Made by a program: the position numbers and the translations under genes. The notes beneath the pieces are model-generated. The model searched no databases. It was not told the origin of the DNA and was given only the letters and a program-made list of their open reading frames with translations. Positions 22,270 to 32,917 of a DNA stretch of 64,000 nt are shown piece by piece; position 1 is the stretch's first letter, and every line of letters starts with the position of its first letter. The DNA is from an uncultured Acidobacteriota bacterium. GTDB lineage: Bacteria > Acidobacteriota > UBA6911. The DNA is taken from contig CAWJKZ010000024.1 of the NCBI GenBank assembly GCA_963843575.1, positions 288,001-352,000 on the forward strand. Reading direction: 5' to 3'.

Positions 22270-23001
22270 ATGGGCGAAACTGGCGACATTTGGCCGAACC
22301 TGTCCTGGATCTGTCGGGCGGCGCTGCGGGCGCAGTACCCGCACCACCCGCAGTTCCGCGACGCGGAGATCACGGCGTCCTTTTACCCGTACGTCGGCCT
22401 GACCCACACGATCCGCAAGCGCGAGGGGGCCTGGGTCATCCGGATCAGCGACATCTGCAGGAAAGCCCCGCGGGCGGTGCTCGAGGCGATCGCGGTGATC
22501 CTGGGGGCGAAGATACTCAGGCGCAGGCCGCCGCGCGAAATGATCCGGGTGTACGGTCAGTTCCGCCGGGAACCGGTGATCGAAGAGCTGTTGAGCGCGC
22601 GCCTGAAGCAGCGCGGACGCAAGATCATGAAGCCCGGCGGCCGCCACCATCAGCTGGGCGATATCCTGGCCGAGGTGAACAGGGTCTGGTTCGGGAACCG
22701 GGTCGAGATCGAGCGGATCGGCTGGAGTGCGCGCCGCAGCTGGGGACGGATCGGCCACTACGATCCGGTGCACCACTCGGTCACGATCAGCCCCGTGCTC
22801 GACTCGCCGCGGGTGCCGCGCTCGGTTGTGGCGTTCCTGGTGTACCACGAACTGCTCCACAGCCTTCACTATAGCCGCGGGCGCGCCGGCAAGCGACGGC
22901 ACCACCCCCCGGAATTCCGCGCTGCCGAAAAATCGCACCCCGACTACGAGTCCTCGCGACGCTTCATCAGGGATTTCTGCCGCAACCGGGGACGCAGGTG
23001 A
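22270..23001 (+). CDS. SprT/YgjP-like zinc metallohydrolase
   Basis: YHELLH HEXXH motif, HPPEF, SVTISPVLD..VP. Confidence 0.7.
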   Translation: MGETGDIWPNLSWICRAALRAQYPHHPQFRDAEITASFYPYVGLTHTIRKREGAWVIRISDICRKAPRAVLEAIAVILGAKILRRRPPREMIRVYGQFRREPVIEELLSARLKQRGRKIMKPGGRHHQLGDILAEVNRVWFGNRVEIERIGWSARRSWGRIGHYDPVHHSVTISPVLDSPRVPRSVVAFLVYHELLHSLHYSRGRAGKRRHHPPEFRAAEKSHPDYESSRRFIRDFCRNRGRR

Positions 23002-23082
23002 GTGGGCCGGGTCGGCCCGACCCGGCCCTCAGGTTGGTGAATACGATAAAGCGGGGCCGCGGCGAGCCGCCGCGGCCCACTC
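23000..23082. repeat. REP-like family C inverted doublet
   Basis: GAGTGGGCC-hairpin at 23000-23028 and inverted hairpin-GGCCCACTC at 23052-23082. Confidence 0.65.
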
Positions 23083-23159
23083 CCCGCCGCGGTCCACTTT
23101 GCACGGCGACCCCTGGCGTGATATAAGAACCGATTCATCTCAGTGAGAGGTGCCGTTTT

Positions 23160-23825
23160 ATGAAGTGCGTCAAGTGCGGCGGACGAAAAGGGAAACGGGC
23201 GTGCCCGGCGCTGAAGGCGCTGATCTGTCCGCAGTGCTGCGGGGAAGAGCGTGTCCTGGAGATCGACTGCCCGGAGGAGTGCGGCTACCTGGCCGCAGGG
23301 CGCGCACTGGAATCGGCTCAGGAGCGGAAGCGCCAGTTCGGGGACTCGGATCCCGTGGTCGCGCAGAGCGCCCAACGGATCGTGTCGCAACACCAGTACT
23401 TCCTCTCCGCCGTAGAATACGCCCTGGCCGACGAACGCCGCGCTTCGGCCGACGTCACGGACCGCGACGCGGCCGATGCGCTCGACCTTATCCTCAAGAC
23501 GCTGCGCACCGAGGACAAGGGTATCCTCTACGAGCAAACTTCGTCGGACCTGCGCGTCGAGGGGCTCCGGAGACGGCTGCTCGGCACGGTCGAAGACGCG
23601 CGTCACCCTCAGAAACCGCAAGCTGCCCGGTTTTCGATCGAAAGCCCCCCCGAGCCGCTGCGGCTCGGCGAGGCGATCGAATGCCTTGAGTTCATCCGGG
23701 AGATCGTCGCCCGGCACCTGGAAGACGGAGGGCGCGACCGGAGTTACGTGGACTTCCTGGCCCGCCTGCTGCCGCGGGAGGGCGCGCGCCAGTCCGCCCC
23801 GTCCATCATCATCCCCGGCCGGTGA
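23160..23825 (+). CDS. Hypothetical protein with Cys-rich (Zn-finger-like) N-terminus
   Basis: CVKC..RACP..ICPQCCG..DCPEEC.YL; 221 aa. Confidence 0.75.
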   Translation: MKCVKCGGRKGKRACPALKALICPQCCGEERVLEIDCPEECGYLAAGRALESAQERKRQFGDSDPVVAQSAQRIVSQHQYFLSAVEYALADERRASADVTDRDAADALDLILKTLRTEDKGILYEQTSSDLRVEGLRRRLLGTVEDARHPQKPQAARFSIESPPEPLRLGEAIECLEFIREIVARHLEDGGRDRSYVDFLARLLPREGARQSAPSIIIPGR

Positions 23826-23831
23826 CCGCCG

Positions 23832-24839
23832 ATGGTTCTGGCCCGCTACAAGTGCGATCCCGGAGTGCTCGTGAAGGCCGTCTCGGCTTTCCGCCGCAAA
23901 CGCATCGTGGTCGTGGGCGACCTCATGCTCGACCGGTTCATCTGGGGCTCCGTCAGCCGCATCAGCCCCGAGGCCCCCGTGCCCGTGGTGGAGATCGTCA
24001 AGGAGTCCATCTGCGTGGGCGGGGCGGCCAATGTCGCCGCCAACATCCGCAGCCTCGGAGCCCTGCCGATCCCCTCGGGCGTGGTCGGGGCGGATTTTGA
24101 AGGGGAGAAGCTCCTTGGGGAATTCCGTAGGCTCGGGGTTCCGGTCGGCGGGATAGTGGTCGACCCGCGCCGCGCGACCAGCGTGAAAACACGGATCATC
24201 GCCCATCACCAGCAGGTCTGCCGCACCGACCGCGAGGACAGGACGCCCGTGACAGCGGCGACCCACGAGCGTGTGATCCGGAGGTTCCGCAAATCCCTGG
24301 CATTGGCCGACGCCGTCGTCATATCGGATTACGCAAAGGGTCTCGTCTCGCCCGTCCTTCTGCGTGAAATCCTCCCGCCCGCGAAGGCAGCCGGCAAGAT
24401 CGTCTGCGTCGACCCCAAGTTGGCCAACCTGGCGGCGTACCGCCCCGCCACCGTGATCACCCCGAACACCCTCGAGGCCGAACGCGCCTCCGGCGTGACG
24501 ATTTCGACACCCGGTACACTCGTCCGGGCGGGGCGCAGGATAGTGCGGCAGACGGGCATCCGCCACGTGCTGATCACGCGGGGCGAACACGGGATGGCGC
24601 TTTTCGAGGGGACATCCGCGGTCAGGCACATTCCCACGGTGGCGCGCGAGGTGTTCGACGTGACGGGGGCGGGCGACACCGTGATCTCTACCCTGGCGCT
24701 CGGCCTCGCCGCCGGTCTGTCCATGCTGGAGTCGGCCATCCTGGCCAACATCGCCGCCGGAATCGTCGTGGGGAAACTCGGCACCGCTTCCGTCACCCCC
24801 GAAGAACTCGTCGCCCGCATCCGCTCCTTCGTGCCCTGA
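23832..24839 (+). CDS. rfaE1: D-glycero-beta-D-manno-heptose-7-phosphate kinase (RfaE domain I)
   Basis: VGDLMLD, RISPEAPVPV, GGAANVA, ISDYAKG, VDPK, DVTGAGDTV. Confidence 0.92.
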   Translation: MVLARYKCDPGVLVKAVSAFRRKRIVVVGDLMLDRFIWGSVSRISPEAPVPVVEIVKESICVGGAANVAANIRSLGALPIPSGVVGADFEGEKLLGEFRRLGVPVGGIVVDPRRATSVKTRIIAHHQQVCRTDREDRTPVTAATHERVIRRFRKSLALADAVVISDYAKGLVSPVLLREILPPAKAAGKIVCVDPKLANLAAYRPATVITPNTLEAERASGVTISTPGTLVRAGRRIVRQTGIRHVLITRGEHGMALFEGTSAVRHIPTVAREVFDVTGAGDTVISTLALGLAAGLSMLESAILANIAAGIVVGKLGTASVTPEELVARIRSFVP

Positions 24840-24861
24840 CGCACCCGACCCAAACACAAAA

Positions 24862-24956
24862 CAAGTGGGTCCGGGCTTCAGCCCGGACGTCTTTTGATCT
24901 GAGCGCACGTTATAGCGACCGCAAACAGCGTCCGGGCTGAAGCCCGGACCCACTTG
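24862..24956. repeat. REP-like family A inverted doublet (REPIN-like), 95 bp
   Basis: Perfect 28-bp inverted repeats CAAGTGGGTCCGGGCTTCAGCCCGGACG at both ends. Confidence 0.9.
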
Positions 24957-24991
24957 CTTATTGTGCAGAGAGGTTTGGGTAGGGATCAGGA

Positions 24992-25021
24992 ATGCCGGGT
25001 GGGGCGAACCCCACCCGGCAT
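24992..25021 (-). terminator. Stem-loop downstream of the TonB-dependent receptor
   Basis: 13-bp stem ATGCCGGGTGGGG, UUCG loop on the minus strand; weak U-tract. Confidence 0.6.
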
Positions 25022-25032
25022 GGTTGAAGAGG

Positions 25033-28000
25033 TTAGAAGCTGTACTTCAGGCCGAACTGGATCTGCCGCTCGCCCTGAGCACTCGTGATTTCGCCGAAGG
25101 TGGCGCTCGACACACTGCGCACCGGAGTGCCGAATTGCGGCGTGTTGGTCAGGTTGAAGAACTCCGCCCGGAGTTCAATCCGGCTCCCCTCGGTGACTTT
25201 GAAGTACTTCTGCATCGACAGATCAAAGGATTTCCAGCCCGGCCCTCGAAGCACGCCGACCCCGGAATTCCCCAAAGTGCCCGCCACGGGCTCCTTGAAA
25301 GCCGATTTGTCGAACCAGCTCTTGCCTTTGCCCACTTCCCGGGCTCCTTCGCCATCCCCCACGCGGTCAGCACGCGCGCCGCGCGAGGTGGTGCCCGACC
25401 GGTCGGTGGATTGGATGGTGAGAGGGAAGCCGCTGCGCAAATTCAGGATTCCACCCATCTGCCAGCCTCCCACGATGCCGTTCAGGACGGGGTGCAGGTT
25501 GTTGCCGAGGGACTTACCGTTGCCGAACGGGAGCTGGTAGGTGTAGACGAAGTTGAACATGTTCTTTGCGTCGAAATAGGTCGGGCCCCATTCCGACTTC
25601 CGGTCGTACAGATTCTGGAAGTATGCGGACTGGGACGCGGCCTGACCGCCTTCGCCGTAGTAGCCGATGGCGTCGCTCATGCCTTTCGAGTAGGTGTAAT
25701 TCGCCTGGAATTCCATGCCCTTGGAGAAGCGCTGGCGCGCGTTCACCTGGAGGGCGTTGTATTTCTGGTTGCCGCACGCCTCGGTCCCCGAGATCTGGGC
25801 GATGTTGGCCAGCAGCGGGTTGCCCGCAAGATACGGGCTCCTGACAGTGGTCTTGTCGGCCAGCAGCTTCTTCTGGAAATAGGGCATCGGCACGATCAGG
25901 TGTGTGCCGTGCTGCCCGACGTAGCCGACGCTGAGCACCATCTGGGCATACAGCTCCTGCTCCATGATCAGGCTCCACTGCTGCACGTTGGCGGGACGGA
26001 CGTTCTGGTCCCACAGCCTGATGTTTGCATTCTTGTAGGGATCAGCCTGCTTGAGCACGGTCAAGCCCTGGTCGAGCGTTCCGCCGATTGCAGTCTGGCC
26101 TTCGTATATCGCCTCGTATTCCGCGTTGAACGGCGGGTTCATCGGCATCCGCAGGTTGGTGCCCGTTCCCTCCATGAAGGAGGAGATCGTATAGGCACCG
26201 CGGACGACGGTCTTGCTGCCGAGGGCCTTCGGGGTCCAGGCGAAGCCGATGCGCGGCTGGAAGTCCTTCTTGAAAGGATTATACAGCGCGCGGCTGTTGC
26301 CGTCCTTGCCCGGCCAGCATCAGTTTGCCCGTGAATGGCTCGAAGTTCGACTGCCGGTCTTCGACCTCGACCAGCGGGGTGTGGTACTCCCACCGGATCC
26401 CGAGGTTAAGGGTCAGCTCGTCGGTTGCGCGCCAGTCATCCTGGATGTACAGGCCGAATATGTGCTTCCGGTGGCCCCAGCTCCCGGTATCCAGACCTCG
26501 TCCGGCGCGCGACTCGTAAGCCGAGGAAGAAATCCGCCTCGGCAAGTCCCTTGGAGGTCGGCGATTTGGCATTGGGTCCGGCGGTGTACTGGCCGTTGAA
26601 GGTGATGAAGCCGGTGATGCCGTTATTCCCGGCATAGAACGGGTTCATCTGCTGCCGCAGCCACTGGCCGCCGGTCTTTATCATGTGCCGGCCGCGAATG
26701 ATCGTGACGTTGTCCGTGAGGTGGAAGGTGTTGTTGGGGAACTTCTGCTGGGTGCCGATGTTGGCGTTGCCGAAGCCGCTCGCCAGGCCGCCGGTCAGGT
26801 TGATGCCGAACAGTCCGGGCGCGCGATCGTTCCCATTCTGGATACCGAGATTCTCCGCGATATTCCCCAAGCCTTCCTTCGCCTGGCCGCCGTTCCAGTT
26901 CACGATACGGTTTGCCCCGAACCGCAACTCGTTGACGATCTTGGGACTGAACGTGCGGGTCCAGTTGATGACTGAATTGCGGAAGGGGGAGTGGTTGAAG
27001 CTATCGACGTTCAAAGGAAATGCGTTGAAGCCAGGTTGTTCCTGTCTGCCCCAGGAGTATCGGAACGAATAGTCGTCCTTCGATCCGCGACGTGCGTCGA
27101 TCTTCACGTCGAACTGGTCGGATATCAGCTGGCTCCTGGAAGAGTTGACGTAGTTGTTCTGCAGAAGGGTGTTGATGGGTGCCGGGTAGAGGTCCGGTGA
27201 GCCGAACAGCTTCGCGACCACCGGATTCATGCGGGTCACCGGGATCTGGTTGTTGACGAAAGGCTGCCGGTTCCCGCTGGCGTCGGTCGTGAGCGGATCG
27301 TACAGCTGGATCTTTTTCTCGGTCAGCAACCGCGAGAAATCACCCGTGCGGAACTCCGTCGGGATGACGCTCATGGAGCTCACCGACGTGGGAGTGTTCC
27401 GCCGGATTCCCTGGTAGTCGCCGAAAAAGAACAGCTTGTCCTTGACGATGGCGCCGCCCAGGGTGCCGCCGAATTCGTTCCAGCGGATCGGCGACCTGGG
27501 TGCTTTCCCGGTTTTCGGATCGGCTGCGAGACTCCAGTTCCGGCCCCAGTTGTTCGCGTTGAGCTTGTCGTTTCTGAAGAACTCGAAGCCGGTGCCGTGC
27601 AGGTCGTTGGTCCCGGACTTGATCACCACGTTGATGACGCCCCCCTGGAAGTTGCCGAACTCCGCGGAGGCGTTGTTGGTGATCATCTTAACTTCCTGGA
27701 TCGCGTCCAGGTTCGGCTGGTAGGCCGTCAGGTTGTCGGACGTGTGGTTGTTGTCGACCCCATCCAGCAGGAAGTTGTTGGACTCCTTCCGGTTGCCGTT
27801 CACATACGGACGGCCCCCGCCGCCGGTCCGCGCACCGCTGTTGAACGCCGACGGGTCGGTGGTGGTGACCCCGGGTGTCAGCAGTGTCAGGGAAATGTAA
27901 TTCCTGGTGACGAGCGGCGTGTTCACAATCGAGTTAGCGGACAGCGTCGAGCCGACGATCGTGGTGTCGGTGCTCAACAGAGGAGCCATCCCGCTGACCT

Positions 28001-28376
28001 CGACGGTTTCGGCAATTACCCCGACCTCCATCTGGATGTCGATGCGGCCCCGCTGATTCAGTTCGAGCACGATGCCGCCGCGGAGTGCCGTCTTGAAGCC
28101 CTGTACTTCCACCCTGAGCTCATACGAGCCGGCCGGGATGCGCGGGAACGCGTAAATGCCTTCCGCGTTGGTCTGGGTCGGCCATTCCGCGCCCCGGTTC
28201 GTTTCCTTCGCAATCACGGAGGCCCCGGGAATCGCAGCCCCCGAGGGATCGGTAATCTTGCCGGTAAGGCCCGCGCTTACTTCCTGGGCGAATGCACACG
28301 GCGCGGGTTGCAGAAAGAGCGCGCCGAGCAATGCCGCTACAATCAGGCTGCCGGCGACAGAAATCCCCTTTGGCAT
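25033..28376 (-). CDS. TonB-dependent receptor (Oar-like, N-terminal carboxypeptidase-regulatory domain); frameshifts near 26200-26520
   Basis: Signal peptide, G.ITDPSGAAIPGA, NNFLLDGVDN, KSGTN.LHG, YIQDDWR..LTLNLGIRWEY, ELRAEFFNLTN, ends RQIQFGLKYSF; GGAGG RBS. Confidence 0.9.
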
Positions 28377-28420
28377 AGGTTTCCCTCCGAAGAAAAAGCT
28401 GAGGATTGGTAGGCGTGCAC

Positions 28421-28453
28421 GACAGGTACCTGACAAATCGACCCTTGTCAGGT
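28421..28453. promoter_or_regulatory. Putative operator upstream of the TBDR
   Basis: ACCTGACAA-N8-TTGTCAGGT perfect inverted repeat (28428-28453) overlapping palindrome CAGGTACCTG. Confidence 0.5.
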
Positions 28454-28594
28454 CAGTTTGGAGAAGGGCAGAACGATCGGGCACGGTTCAGCCTCGACCT
28501 CGTATGAAAACGGCCCAAACGAAGCTTTCCCGTGACGGCCCTACTCTAGTTCAATCACTTCCTCGAATTCAACGCAATTGTATACGGAATAAAC

Positions 28595-28717
28595 GGAAGC
28601 CGGAAGCCGAAGCCGGCGGCAGATTCGGGGCTTCCGGCTTCCGCCTTTCAAGTGGTTTCCTCTGGTCCGTCCCCTGCATTATCCGGATGTGTCACTGGCT
28701 TCAGGCTTCCGGCTTCT
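28595..28717. repeat. Heptamer GGAAGCC/GGCTTCC repeats
   Basis: GGAAGCCGGAAGCC 28595-; inverted copies at 28629-28645 and 28697-28717. Confidence 0.65.
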
Positions 28718-29792
28718 GCATTAGACGGGCGCAGGCGGCGAAGACGCGCTCGACTGGGACTTCCAGGATGCAGCGTGGGGAACCGAAGGCGGCGCAGGTG
28801 TAGCCGGGACAGGGCATGCACGGCAGGTCCGAGCGGACCAGTTCGTAGTTTGTGGCCCACGGGTGCCAGACCCTGTAGTTCGACGATCCCCACACCACGA
28901 CGAGCGGTTTTCCGAGGGCGGCCGCGGCATGCGCCGGACCGCTGTCGTTGCCGACAAACAACCTGCATCCCTCGATGAGACTGAACAACCCGGCAAGCTC
29001 GAGATCGGTCCAGTAGAGGTGGCTCATTTCCGCGTGCCTGGCTACGTTTACGAGGGTCTGCTCCTCGGAGGGCGCGGCTGTCAGGATCACCGGCAGCCGG
29101 TACTCCCGGGCGAGGGTGTCGGCCAGCACCGCGAAGTTTTTTTCACTCCATTGTTTTGTGGCCAGCGTCGCGGTCGGGTGCACGACGACGTAGTCGCCGA
29201 TGCCGGCCGCCTGGAGCCGCCGGTGCACCCTGTCGGCCGAGGCGGGGTCGATGTACAGGCGGCCGCGCGGGCGCTCGGCCACCGGCAGGCCGAGCCAGCG
29301 CATCAGCGACAGTTGGTGCTCTACCGTGTGCAGTTCGCTGCGCCCCCACACCTCTGAGGAGCGCGGGATCATGACGTTGTAAGCACGAGCGCAGCGATAC
29401 CCTTCCTGTCCGACACGGAATCGGGCGCCGCTGGCCAGCGACAGGAGCGCCGAGGTGGTGCCGCCGTGCAGGTTCACGGCAACCGTATAGGATTGCCTGC
29501 GCAACTCGAACACGGCACGGGCCCTCGACCAGCCTCCGGCGCCGGGGCGTTTTGGCTTGAGGACGAGGGTCTCGTGCACGCCGGGATGGCGGGAAAACAC
29601 GGGTGCGAACGGGGCCTCTACGAGCACGTCGATTGCCAGGCCCGGGCGCCACTGGTGGAGCTGCTCGATGAGCGGCAGGATGAGGATGGAGTCGCCGAGC
29701 GACCTCATGCGCACGAGGAGCACCCGCGGGGTGCACTCCAGTTCCTGTCGCAGTCGTTCAGCGGCGCCTGACGGTGGCATCGGGGGTAGCAC
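28701..29792 (-). CDS. Glycosyltransferase family 9 (LPS heptosyltransferase-like)
   Basis: RSLGDS, HPTAT..TKQW, FVGNDSGPAHAAAALG, CMPC. Confidence 0.9.
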   Translation of the reverse strand: MLPPMPPSGAAERLRQELECTPRVLLVRMRSLGDSILILPLIEQLHQWRPGLAIDVLVEAPFAPVFSRHPGVHETLVLKPKRPGAGGWSRARAVFELRRQSYTVAVNLHGGTTSALLSLASGARFRVGQEGYRCARAYNVMIPRSSEVWGRSELHTVEHQLSLMRWLGLPVAERPRGRLYIDPASADRVHRRLQAAGIGDYVVVHPTATLATKQWSEKNFAVLADTLAREYRLPVILTAAPSEEQTLVNVARHAEMSHLYWTDLELAGLFSLIEGCRLFVGNDSGPAHAAAALGKPLVVVWGSSNYRVWHPWATNYELVRSDLPCMPCPGYTCAAFGSPRCILEVPVERVFAACARLMQKPEA

Positions 29793-29804
29793 GGCTCCGC
29801 GACG

Positions 29805-29978
29805 TCAACTTTCCTCGACCCGGGATTCGTCGATCAGCATCACGGGGATGTCGTCGCGGATCGGGTAGACGCGGTGGCACTTGACGCACTTCAGCCCGGT
29901 GCCGTCCGGTGTCAGATTCACTTCTTCCTTGCACAAAGGGCAGGCAAGGATATCCAGCAGCTCCTTGCTGATCGCCAT
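29805..29978 (-). CDS. Trm112-family (UPF0434/YcaR) protein, 57 aa; absent from the ORF track
   Basis: Manual translation MAISKELLDILACPLCK...LKCVKCHRVYPIRDDIPVMLIDES; GGAGG RBS. Confidence 0.9.
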   Translation of the reverse strand: MAISKELLDILACPLCKEEVNLTPDGTGLKCVKCHRVYPIRDDIPVMLIDESRVEES

Positions 29979-30002
29979 AGATTCCTCCGCGTTTTCAGGG
30001 TA

Positions 30003-30599
30003 TCACGACCGGCTCCCGACCGCGAACTTGTGCTCGGTGCCTGAGAGCAGCCGGCGTATGTTCTGGTGGTGTTTTGCCACGATCAGGGCCGAGCCGGCGA
30101 CGGCCCAGAAGACCGCAGGGGCGGGTTCGTGGTACACGAGGGCCCACAGCGGAAAGGCGGCGGTTGCCAGTATGGATGCCAGCGAGATGTAGCGCGTGAG
30201 CGCCACCGTGGCGACAAACACCACCAGGGTGGTGCACACGGCGAGGGGGGCTATCGCCAGGTAGGCTCCGCAGCCGGTGGCCACGCCCTTGCCCCCTTTG
30301 AATCCCAGCCACATGGTGAACACGTGTCCCACGATGGCCGCGACGGCCGCGACTCCCGCCCACTCGACTCCGCCGCCCATGATGCCGGCCAGGACAACCG
30401 CCGCATATCCCTTCGCCCCGTCCAGCAGCAGGGTCAGGATGCCCGTCCGGCGGCTCTTGCGATACACGTTCGTGGCCCCAATGTTGCCGCTCCCCTGCCG
30501 GCGGACGTCGCCGCCGTGTAACAGTTTGACGAGGATGTAGCCGAACGGAATCGAACCCAGGAGATAGCCGGCCAGCGGAATCAGATAGACAAGTCTCAT
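30003..30599 (-). CDS. plsY: Glycerol-3-phosphate acyltransferase
   Basis: YLLGSIPFG, GSGNIGATN, DGAKG, FKGGKGVAT, HHQNI.RL. Confidence 0.95.
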   Translation of the reverse strand: MRLVYLIPLAGYLLGSIPFGYILVKLLHGGDVRRQGSGNIGATNVYRKSRRTGILTLLLDGAKGYAAVVLAGIMGGGVEWAGVAAVAAIVGHVFTMWLGFKGGKGVATGCGAYLAIAPLAVCTTLVVFVATVALTRYISLASILATAAFPLWALVYHEPAPAVFWAVAGSALIVAKHHQNIRRLLSGTEHKFAVGSRS

Positions 30600-30607
30600 G
30601 CCGGAAC

Positions 30608-31165
30608 TCAGACGCCGAGCGTGATGGTTTCGAGGACCGAATAGACGGCGCCGCGGGGTCTCAACTCGCTCCTGTAGACGTTGAAGGCCGCGGCCGTGAA
30701 CGCGCTCTCGGGCTGAGGGGCGATTTTAATATAGTCCAGAAGCGGCTGCAAATTCCTTTTCCCCTGCACCCGTCCCAGTGTCAGGTGCGGGTGAAACGCT
30801 CTCTCCTCGGGTGCGAATCCCAGCGGCCGGCAGGCGTCCTCCACCTGCTGCTGCAGCCCCGGGAGTGATTCCGGATCGCCGCTGACCCCGCACCAGAGCA
30901 CGCGCGGGTTGCGCAGGTTCGGGAACCCTCCGAGTCCTCCCACCGAGACGTGGAACGGGCGCGAGGCGGCCGACGCCGCGCGCAGCCGCCGGGCGAGTTC
31001 GGGCAGGAGCGCCGGGTCCATCTCGCCCAGGAACTTCAGGGTCAGATGGATGGAGTCAAGGGCCGCCCAGCGCACCTCGGCGTTGAAGGCGCGCAGATTC
31101 TCCTGGACCTGCGACAGCATCGATTTGCATTCGGGGGGGAGAGGAACCGCGATGAAGGTTCTCAT
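30608..31165 (-). CDS. thpR: RNA 2',3'-cyclic phosphodiesterase
   Basis: MRTFIA, two 2H motifs HLTLKFLG and HLTLGR. Confidence 0.92.
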   Translation of the reverse strand: MRTFIAVPLPPECKSMLSQVQENLRAFNAEVRWAALDSIHLTLKFLGEMDPALLPELARRLRAASAASRPFHVSVGGLGGFPNLRNPRVLWCGVSGDPESLPGLQQQVEDACRPLGFAPEERAFHPHLTLGRVQGKRNLQPLLDYIKIAPQPESAFTAAAFNVYRSELRPRGAVYSVLETITLGV

Positions 31166-32412
31166 GGGTGCTCACCGGGACGAGAGGTCAGGAAGGCGCG
31201 CAGGCATGCGAGCGCGAAGGCGGCGGCGCGCTCGCGCACGCTGTGCCGGTCGCCCGGCACGATGCGGCGCGCGTGTGTCACCCTCTCCGGGTCCGCCATC
31301 CCCACGTACACCAACCCCACGGGCTTTTCGGCGGATCCCCCGTCGGGGCCCGCGATCCCCGTGATGGAGAGCCCGAGCGAGCTGCCGACGGCCAGCCGGA
31401 CGCCCGCCGCCAGCGCCTCGGCGGTTTCCGCGCTCACAGCGCCGTAGGCGGCAAGCGTTTCGGGCGGAACTCGGCACAGGGCCGTCTTGACGGCGTTGCT
31501 GTAGCAGAGCACGCCCCCCGCAAAATACGCCGAGCTGCCGGGCACCCGCGTGATCCGCGCACCCAGCATCCCGGCCGTGCACGATTCGGCCACCGCGAGC
31601 GTGCGGTGCGATTGCAGCAACATGCGGCCGACGACGTTTTCCAGTGCCTCCCCGTCGGCGCTGAAGATGGCGGACCCAAGCTCGCGGCACAGGGCGGCGG
31701 TGAGTTCTTCGAGGTCGGAAGGAGCCTCGCCCGGCTTGAGCCAGCGGGACAGGCGGAGCACGATCTGGCCGCCGCCCGCCAGGATGGTGGTCTGCACGTT
31801 CGGGTAACTGCGGTAGAGCGGGGAGACGCGCGCATCGACCTCTGATTCCGTCCAGCCCGTGATGTGCAGCGTCCTGCGTGCCATCTTTCTGCCGCCGCCG
31901 AGCTCCGCCAGGCGGGGGAGAACGGCAGCCTCCAGCATGGGCCTGGCCTCCTGCGGCGGGCCCGGCAGGAGGGCGATCGCGACGCCCTGCTCGAGCAGCC
32001 ACATGCCCGGGGCGGTTCCCGTGCCGTTGTTCAGGATCTCGGCCCCCTCTATCACCTCCGCCTGCCGTTCATTGATCGAAGGCATGCTGTAGCCGCGCGC
32101 CGCGAACCTCTTGCGCAACTGCTCCAGGATCGCGGGATCGGTCCGGATCGGCCGGCCGAGAACGGCCGCAACCGCGCCGCGCGTCAGGTCGTCCTCGGTC
32201 GGCCCGAGGCCCCCGGTGATGATGATGAGCCGGGAACGACGCAGCGCAAGCCGTAGCACCCCGCTGATGTCCTCGCGGTCGTCGCCCACGATCGTCTTGA
32301 AATGAAGCTGGAAGCCGGCCTCGTTCAGCCGGTCGGTGATGAAGAGCGAGTTGGTGTCCAGGTGGTCCGGCGTGAGCATCTCCGACCCTATCGCTATTAT
32401 CTCCGCTCTCAC
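31162..32412 (-). CDS. cinA: Competence/damage-inducible protein CinA (MocF + NMN deamidase)
   Basis: IGSE, TGGLGPTEDDLT, GTAPG, LPGPP, AESCTAG, GAVS, ITGIAGP.GG..EKPVG. Confidence 0.95.
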   Translation of the reverse strand: MRAEIIAIGSEMLTPDHLDTNSLFITDRLNEAGFQLHFKTIVGDDREDISGVLRLALRRSRLIIITGGLGPTEDDLTRGAVAAVLGRPIRTDPAILEQLRKRFAARGYSMPSINERQAEVIEGAEILNNGTGTAPGMWLLEQGVAIALLPGPPQEARPMLEAAVLPRLAELGGGRKMARRTLHITGWTESEVDARVSPLYRSYPNVQTTILAGGGQIVLRLSRWLKPGEAPSDLEELTAALCRELGSAIFSADGEALENVVGRMLLQSHRTLAVAESCTAGMLGARITRVPGSSAYFAGGVLCYSNAVKTALCRVPPETLAAYGAVSAETAEALAAGVRLAVGSSLGLSITGIAGPDGGSAEKPVGLVYVGMADPERVTHARRIVPGDRHSVRERAAAFALACLRAFLTSRPGEHP

Positions 32413-32452
32413 TTGACACCTCGCACGTTCGGGGAACAGACAGGGAAGCGCT

Positions 32453-32917
32453 TTACCTCAGGAGGCGGACAACGGCCTGGAGCACCAGGTTCGCGTAGAC
32501 CCCTGCCAGCAGATCGTCGGCCATGATGCCGGCCCCATGCGGCAGCCGCTCGAGCTTCCGGATGGGGTAAGGTTTGAAAATATCGAAGAGCCGGAAGAGC
32601 GCCGTACCGCCAAGCAGCGTGTAGGTGTCGACCGGGACAAACAGGAAGGTCAGGAGCTGGCCGGCGATCTCGTCGATGACGACGATGCCCGGGTCCTCGT
32701 CTCCGGCCCGCCGGGCAACGGCGGCCGAGGCCAGCACGCCCACCAGCGATATCCCGCACAGCACGCTCACGTGGAGCTCGGGGGCGATCCGTCCCGAGAT
32801 GCGGTGGATGAAGAAGAATGCGAGGGTCGTCGCGACGGAGGCATACGTGCCGGGGGCGCCCGGGATGAGTCCGACGTACAAACCACTTGCCACCAGCAGC
32901 GGTATGCGGCCCTTCAT
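32453..32917 (-). CDS. pgpA: Phosphatidylglycerophosphatase A
   Basis: [29 protein letters not shown]. Confidence 0.92.
   Translation of the reverse strand: MKGRIPLLVASGLYVGLIPGAPGTYASVATTLAFFFIHRISGRIAPELHVSVLCGISLVGVLASAAVARRAGDEDPGIVVIDEIAGQLLTFLFVPVDTYTLLGGTALFRLFDIFKPYPIRKLERLPHGAGIMADDLLAGVYANLVLQAVVRLLR

Noticed and set aside
1377-26520. Mass pseudogenisation or programmed frameshifting
   Set aside because: Indels hit essential genes (lpxB, lpxD, mnmA) without in-frame decay, and I noticed no shared slippery motif; most consistent with long-read indel errors.
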